Assembly: GCA_943704415.1 (NCBI GenBank)
Contig: CALSCO010001717.1
Location: 1-44,927, forward strand
Reading direction: 5' to 3'
Origin: Parvularia atlantis
Lineage: Eukaryota
Length of the DNA: 44,927 nucleotides
Position numbers and translations under genes: made by a program. Shown here piece by piece: positions 38,958 through 44,927 of the stretch. The notes below the pieces were generated by a model. It made no database searches. It saw nothing but the letters and a program-made list of their open reading frames with translations, and had not been told where the DNA came from. Every line of letters begins with the position of its first letter. Position 1 is the stretch's first letter.

Positions 38958-41900
38958 ATGTCGCTCAACCTCGGCTTCCTGCGCTCGGCCCTGGGCCTGT
39001 GGACGGCCACGCCCGTGCCGGACGCGGTCGAGCAGTACGAGCACGCGCTCATCGACGCGATCCTGCGCAACCAGCCCCCGCGACTCCTCGCCCTCCTCGC
39101 CGCGCGCCCGGACTACAGTCCCACAGCCTTCGTCTCGCTCACGGCGCGCCTCACGCTGCTGCACATGGCGGCCAGGTGCGCACGCACTGTGTGCACACGC
39201 ATCGTGCTCAGCCGCACCGCGCAGCTCGGGCGCCGCCGAGTGCGTCGCCGTCCTGCTCAGGCGCGGCGTGCCCATCAACTGCACCGAGAAGTCCGGCAGC
39301 ACGCCGCTGCACATGGCCGCACGCAACGGCCACCGGTGCGCCGCGCCCGGTCGCGCACGCCGCGAAGACGACGACGCTCACGGAAAGCGCCACTCCCGCC
39401 CAGCGCCGTCGTGCAGCTGCTCGTCGGCGCCGGCGCCGACCTTACGCGCACGACCAACGAGGGCTTCACGGCGCTCCACTGGGTCGCGTCCAACGGCCAC
39501 CTGGACATCGTGCGCTTCCTGGTTGAGCACGGTGCGCGGCGTGCGGGCTGTCGCGTGTGCCGGCGTGCTCACGGCTTCAGCAAGGCTGCTCGCTCGACGC
39601 CCTCGACAACAACGGCTACACCGTCCTGCACATGGCCTGCCAGAACGGCCACACCGAGGTCGTGCGGTGCGCCGGCCCCCGCATGCGCCTCACTGCGCCG
39701 CCCGCTCAACCGCGGCGCTAGCTACCTGCTCGAGCGCGGCCTGTCGGCGCAGACGTGCGACAAGCAGGGCCGCACGCCGCTTTTCTTTGCGTGCCGCTAC
39801 GGCCAGACCGAGTGCGTGCGCTGCCTGATCGGGTGCGTGCGCGCGCATGGCAGACGCTGCACGCCGCGGCTTACACGTGCGGCAGCGCCGGCGCGACCAT
39901 TACGGCCGACGACAAGGGCGAGACGCCGCTGCACTGGGCCGTGTCGGGCGGCTACCGCGACTGCGCGCTCGTGCTGCTGCACGCGTTCGGCGAGCTGGTC
40001 ACCCGCCTGCCGCAGATCGCGGCGTCAACGCAAATCGACGAGGCCGTCGTGCTCAAGGCACGCGCACGACCTCATCGCCCAACCGCACTGACCGCAGCGC
40101 CGGCGCAGCTGTACACGCATCTGTGCGACGTCAGCTACGCGCGCACGCTGCCCGCGACCATGGCTGAGCTCGCGACGACGCTCGGCCAGGAGCTGCTCTG
40201 CCGCAACCAGGCCGCGAGCGAGCTTGAGCAGCGCTTCCTGCGCCTCGTCCGCCTGACCATGCGCCTCGTGCGGCACATCAAGAGCGCGCTCGCGCCCGCG
40301 GCCGCATCCGCATCGGGCTCGTCTGCGGCGGCTGGGGCGCTGCCAGCGTGGCCGCGTCTCGCACCAGCCAGCAGCGCGGTCGCGGGCTCGTCGGCGTGGT
40401 CGTCGTCCCCGTCCGCACCGGCTTCGGCTGAGCCCGAGCCCGCAGAGTTGACGCCCACGTCGCTCACGCGCAGCGCAACTACCCAGCGCAAGCTCTCGCC
40501 GGTGCGTCTCGCTGGCCGTGCGCAAGCCCGCGCACCGCTGAGCACCACGTCGCGCGCAGTTTGTTCCGATCGCCGAGAGCGGCGGCGAAGCCGGCGCGAG
40601 CAGCGGTCGACGCGGCCCTGCGCACTCGGCCGTGCTGTCCGGGCCGACGCCGTCAAGCGACAGCCTCGTGGACGTGCGTGCGCACGGGGCACAGGACGCT
40701 GCTGACGACAATGTGCGCGCGTGATAGTTTGAGGAGCAGGCGCGCCGTTCGTCGGCCGCCAAGGGCAAGCTGCCGCTGCGGCAGGACAGCGACGGCGGGT
40801 CGTCGTCGGCAGCCGCGACCGGCGAGCTGTCGCCGGACGCTGAGGCCGGCCCGGGCATCGACATCGACGTGATCCTGCGGGCGTCAAGCGAGGACGTGCG
40901 TGCGAGCGTGGCGACGACGCCCACCGCGACCGTCACGGGCAAGAGCGTGGCATCGGCGTCGCACTCGGCCAGCTCGGAGACTGCACGGATGGTTGAGCAA
41001 GGTGCGTACTCCTGCTGCGGTGCTCCCGCGGTCGTGACACGCCCGCGGCGCAGTGCTCAAGCAGCTCGAGCCGCTGTGGATGACGATGGACGGCTGGTTC
41101 ATGTTCCTCAACAACGACCTGACTGACTGCGAGCACCTGCACATGCTGCTGGACAAGCTTGCGATCGTTCTGCACGCGTTCTACCTCTTCTGCCTTGAGC
41201 GCGAGTCGTCGTCACCGCCGCCGCGATTTGTCGCCTTCATCGATCGCTTCGCCGACGTGCTCAAGGCGTTCATTGAGCACGAGGCGCGTCCCGCCCGCTT
41301 GCTTCTTTGAGGCGTGCAGTTCCTGACAAGCCCGTGCGAAACAGCCGACGGTCCTGTTTAAGCAGTTCCACTTCATGCTCGACCACGTCGACCTGATGGC
41401 GCCCTTCCTGACATTTGTGCGCGCGCAGGTGGGCCCTCGGCCAGCCGTTTGAGCCCCGTGCCGGCTCACGCCGTGTGCTCGCCAGCCGTTTGAGACGCGC
41501 CGGCAGTGGTTCTACGACAACCTGACGCAGTCGCACAATGAGACGCTGTACGACGACCTGGCGACATTCCTGCTCGTGTCGCGCTCGGAGGTGCTCGAGA
41601 ACACGTGCGAGCAACTGTCGCTGGTGCGCGTGTGTGCGGCGTGCTGGCGGTGCGGGCTTGACGCGGGAAGCAGGCCAATATTGACACGTTCAAGCGGGCG
41701 CTGGACGTGCGCTTCAAGAACGAGGCCGGGCAGGGCCCGGGCGTGCGCCGCGAGTGGTTCGACCTGCTCACGCACGAGATCCTCAACCCAAACTACGGTG
41801 CGCGAGGCGTGTAGGGAGCGCGGGACCGTCTGGCTAACGCGCTACGGGCGCACAGCGCTCTTCACGCCCTCGGCCGACGGCGCGACCGTGCAGCCGAACC

Positions 41901-43168
41901 CAATCTCGTTCATCAACCCGGACCACCTCAACTTTTTCCGCTTCGCCGGCCGGGTGATCGGCCTGGCGCTGCACCATCGGCAGGTGCTCGACGTGTACTT
42001 CACGCGCTCGTTCTACAAGCACATCCTCGTGCGCCTGCGCGGCTGTCGGGCCTCACTGCGCCGACTGATCGCGAGCGCGCGGCAGGGCCTGCCCGTGAGC
42101 TACCAGGACGTCGAGTCGATCAACCCGCAGTACCACAAAAGCCTGCAGGTGTGCGCGTGCGGCGCCATGGCGGTGCGGTGCAGCTCATGCGTGCGCTCGC
42201 GCAGTGGATCCTCGACAACGACATCGGCGCGGTCGGGCTCGATCTGACGTTCAGCATGGAGGACAACGTGTTTGGCTCGACGAGCGAGATCGAGCTCAAG
42301 CCGGGCGGCAGCGCGATCGCGGTGACCAACGCCACCAAGGTGCGCCCGTTCTCTTTGCTGCGTGGTAGAGCGTGCGCCTGAGCCTGCGCAGCGCGAGTAT
42401 GTGCAGCTCGTGTCGGAGCGCATCATGACAATCGCCATCTCGGGCCAGATCTCGGCGTTCCTTGAGGGCTTTGTGGAGATTGGTGCGCGCGCTGCTCGAC
42501 TGGCCAGCGAGCGCTGCGGCTGATCCTTTTGCTCGCGCACAGTGCCGCACTCGCTCATCGCGATGTTTGACGAGTACGAGCTCGAGCTGCTGATCTCGGG
42601 CATGCCGGAGGTTGACCTAGAGGTGTGCGCGCGTCGCGACCTGTGGCACAACGGCCTCACGCAAGCGCGCGTGCGCGCAGGACTGGCGGCGCAACACGAC
42701 GCTGATCGACTACGACGAGGACTCGCTGCAGATCGTCTGGTTCTGGGAGGTTATCACGGGCATGTCGCGTCAGGACAAGGTGCTGCTGCTACAGTTTGTG
42801 ACCGGGTCGAGCCGCGTGCCCATGGGCGGCTTTGCGAACCTGCTCGGCTCGGAGGGTGCGACGCGCGCTGCCTGCTTCGCTGCGCGCGTATGACGCCCGT
42901 GCGCCCGCGCAGGGCCCATGCGCTTCACGATCTCGCGCGTCAAGCCGACCGACGCGCAGAGCCGGCTGCCGACTGCCAGCACGTGGTGCGCGCGCCGCCT
43001 CTCTTTCTCTCTCTCTCTCTCGCGCGCGCGCGCTCGCTCGCGCACACTGACGCGCCCGCGACCAGCTTCAACATGCTCAAGCTGCCGGCCTATCCGACCA
43101 GGGAGGTGCTCGAGCAGCGCCTGATGACCGCGCTGCGCTTCGGCAGCAAGGGCTTCGAGTTCAGCTGA
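38958..43168 (+). CDS. HACE1: Ankyrin-repeat HECT E3 ligase HACE1, about 20 introns
   Basis: [86 protein letters not shown] and LPTASTC FNMLKLP (catalytic Cys codon split by an intron). Confidence 0.92.
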
Positions 43169-43325
43169 CGCTGCCGGTGCTGCTGCTGTCTTTCTTGTTT
43201 TCGCCAGCCGCTACTTTGTTGTGCATGCAACGAACGGGATACTGACTGACGTGGGGCAATAGAAACGGGGCGGGCCGCGCGCGCGCGGCTATTGGGGGGT
43301 TATGGACACTTTCTTAGGATGCCGC

Positions 43326-44600
43326 TCACCATCCCCGCTTGGCCAGCTGCTGGGCGTCGGGCAGCTGTCGCACGCCACCGTCAGCGACGCCGCGTACAGA
43401 GAGCACCACGCACTGTGTCGCAGTTGATGCCGACCATGGCCTCGCCCAAATCCTCCGAGACCTCGGCCAGGATCTTGGGGTTGTTGTAGTGCGTGACGGC
43501 CTGGACGATGGCGCGGGCGCGCTTGCGCGGGTCGCCGCTCTTGAAGATGCCCTGCGATGCCGAGCGTGAGCAGGCGGGCCGCGCAACAAGGACATGCACG
43601 GGCCACACACCGAGCCGACAAAGACGCCTGCGACGCGCGTCAGCACCGTGCACAGCGCCACGCGCCGAGGCGCGCAAGAGGCGCACCGTCCATGCCGAGC
43701 TGCATCATGAGCGCCGCGTCGGCCGGGGTGGCGACGCCGCCGGCGGCAAAGTTGACGACGGGCAGGCGGCCCATCTCCTTGGTCTTCTTGAGCAGCTCGT
43801 ATGGTGCCTGGATCTCCTTGGCGTAGGCGAAGAGCTCGTCGTCGGTCATGGCCGTGACCTTGCGGATCTCGGCGGTGAGGGTGCGCGCGTGCTTGACAGC
43901 CTGGACGACGTCGCCCGTGCCGGCCTCGCCCTTGGTGCGGATCATCGCCGCGCCCTCGTTGATGCGGCGCAGGGCCTCGCCCAGGTTGCGGCAGCCGCAG
44001 ACGAAGGGCACGCGGAAGGCGTGCTTGTTGATGTGGTGCACGTCGTCGGCGGGCGTGAGCACCTCCGACTCGTCGATGTAGTCGACGCCGATCGCGTCGA
44101 GGATCTGCGCGCCGCGGTCGTGTGTCGGCCCCGGGGCGCGATGTCTGTTGACCGCACCTGCGCCTCGACAAAGTGGCCGATGCGGACCTTGGCCATGACG
44201 GGGATGGTCACGGCCTTGACGATGTCCTTGATCATCTTGGGGTCGGACATGCGCGCCACGCCGCCTGCGCTGCCCGCTCAGCCGCCGCGCCGCAGCACGC
44301 GGCAGCTAAACGCGCCGTCCTTGCGGATGTCGGCCGGCACGCGCTCAAGCGCCATCACGGCGCACGCGCCGGCCTCCTCGGCGATGCGCGCCTGGTGTGC
44401 GTCGACCACGTCCATGATCACGCCGCCCTGCCGCCGCGACGCGCACGCTCAGCGCCACGCCGAACCACACGAGCCGCACGCGCTTCACGCCGCACCTTGA
44501 GCATCTGTGCGAGACCGGCCTTGATCGCGAACGAGGGCGCGGCCGCGGCGTCGCCGTTGGCGTGCGCGGTGCCGTTCACGGCGGTGAGGTTGGTGGCCAT
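43326..44600 (-). CDS. PDX1: Pyridoxal 5'-phosphate synthase subunit PDX1/SNZ, 6 introns
   Basis: [81 protein letters not shown] and KRGW*. Confidence 0.98.
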
Positions 44601-44621
44601 TCGGGGTGCGGGTCGGGTGGC

Positions 44622-44690
44622 GAGGCGCGAGGCGGCGAGGCGCGAGGCGGCACGAGGCGGCACGAGGCGGCACGAGGCGGCACGAGGCGA
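44622..44690. repeat. 10-nt GAGGCGGCAC-type tandem repeat upstream of PDX1
   Basis: gaggcggcac x4 preceded by shorter gaggcgc variants. Confidence 0.85.
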
Positions 44691-44733
44691 AGGAAGTGAA
44701 CGGCCGTGCGCCACGTGGTCTGTGACGTCAGCC

Positions 44734-44927
44734 ATCCCTCACCGCCACACCCGGGCGCAGGTGCCCGCTGCCTGCATCCCGCTGTTCAATCGTTGTTAAG
44801 CACAGATATCCCCACCGCCACACCCGGGCGCAGGCACGCGCTGCCTGCATCCCGCTGTGCAATCGGTGTTCAGCACAGCTATCCCCACCGCCACACCCGG
44901 GCGCAGGCACGCGCTGCCTGCATCCCG
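44734..44927. repeat. ~73-nt tandem repeat, at least 2.6 copies, truncated by the window end
   Basis: Units start at 44734, 44808 and 44881 (atccccaccgccacacccgggcgcaggcacgcgctgcctgcatcccg...). Confidence 0.95.

Noticed and set aside
44734..44927. CRISPR array
   Set aside because: Units are contiguous near-identical copies with no unique spacers, and the context is eukaryotic with no cas genes.
44601..44927. Divergent PDX2/SNO partner or riboswitch upstream of PDX1
   Set aside because: Only repeats are visible before the window ends; no glutaminase sequence or known aptamer motif.

Overview
A very compact, GC-rich, intron-dense eukaryotic window, so the ORF track is fragmented and mostly misleading. 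Manual splicing gives 16 complete genes with about 205 introns (hand count), mostly 45-75 nt. In order: CYC8/SSN6 (+), mitochondrial GrpE (-), eIF2B-delta (+), TSC2 (-), AP-4 beta (+), nicotinamide riboside kinase-like (+), an ankyrin/Pro-rich/ankyrin/SAM protein (-), NTA1 (+), WDR5 (-), SNU13 (-), GRASP (+), VPS41 (+), a half-fimbrin/coiled-coil protein (+), VPS27/Hrs (-), HACE1 (+) and PDX1 (-). There is also a truncated MPPKRKK ORF at the left edge and a hairpin-bearing ~73-nt tandem repeat at the right edge. Fungal-type genes (Cyc8, Nta1) sit beside genes most fungi lack (AP-4, ankyrin-bearing HACE1), which suggests a unicellular opisthokont, possibly a nucleariid such as Parvularia (inference, unverified). 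Most notable: about 10% GC-AG introns, no polypyrimidine tracts, intergenic gaps of 9 nt (convergent) and 25 nt (tandem, possibly dicistronic), and two cytoskeletal/scaffold proteins whose architectures I do not recognise. The standard genetic code fits all genes.
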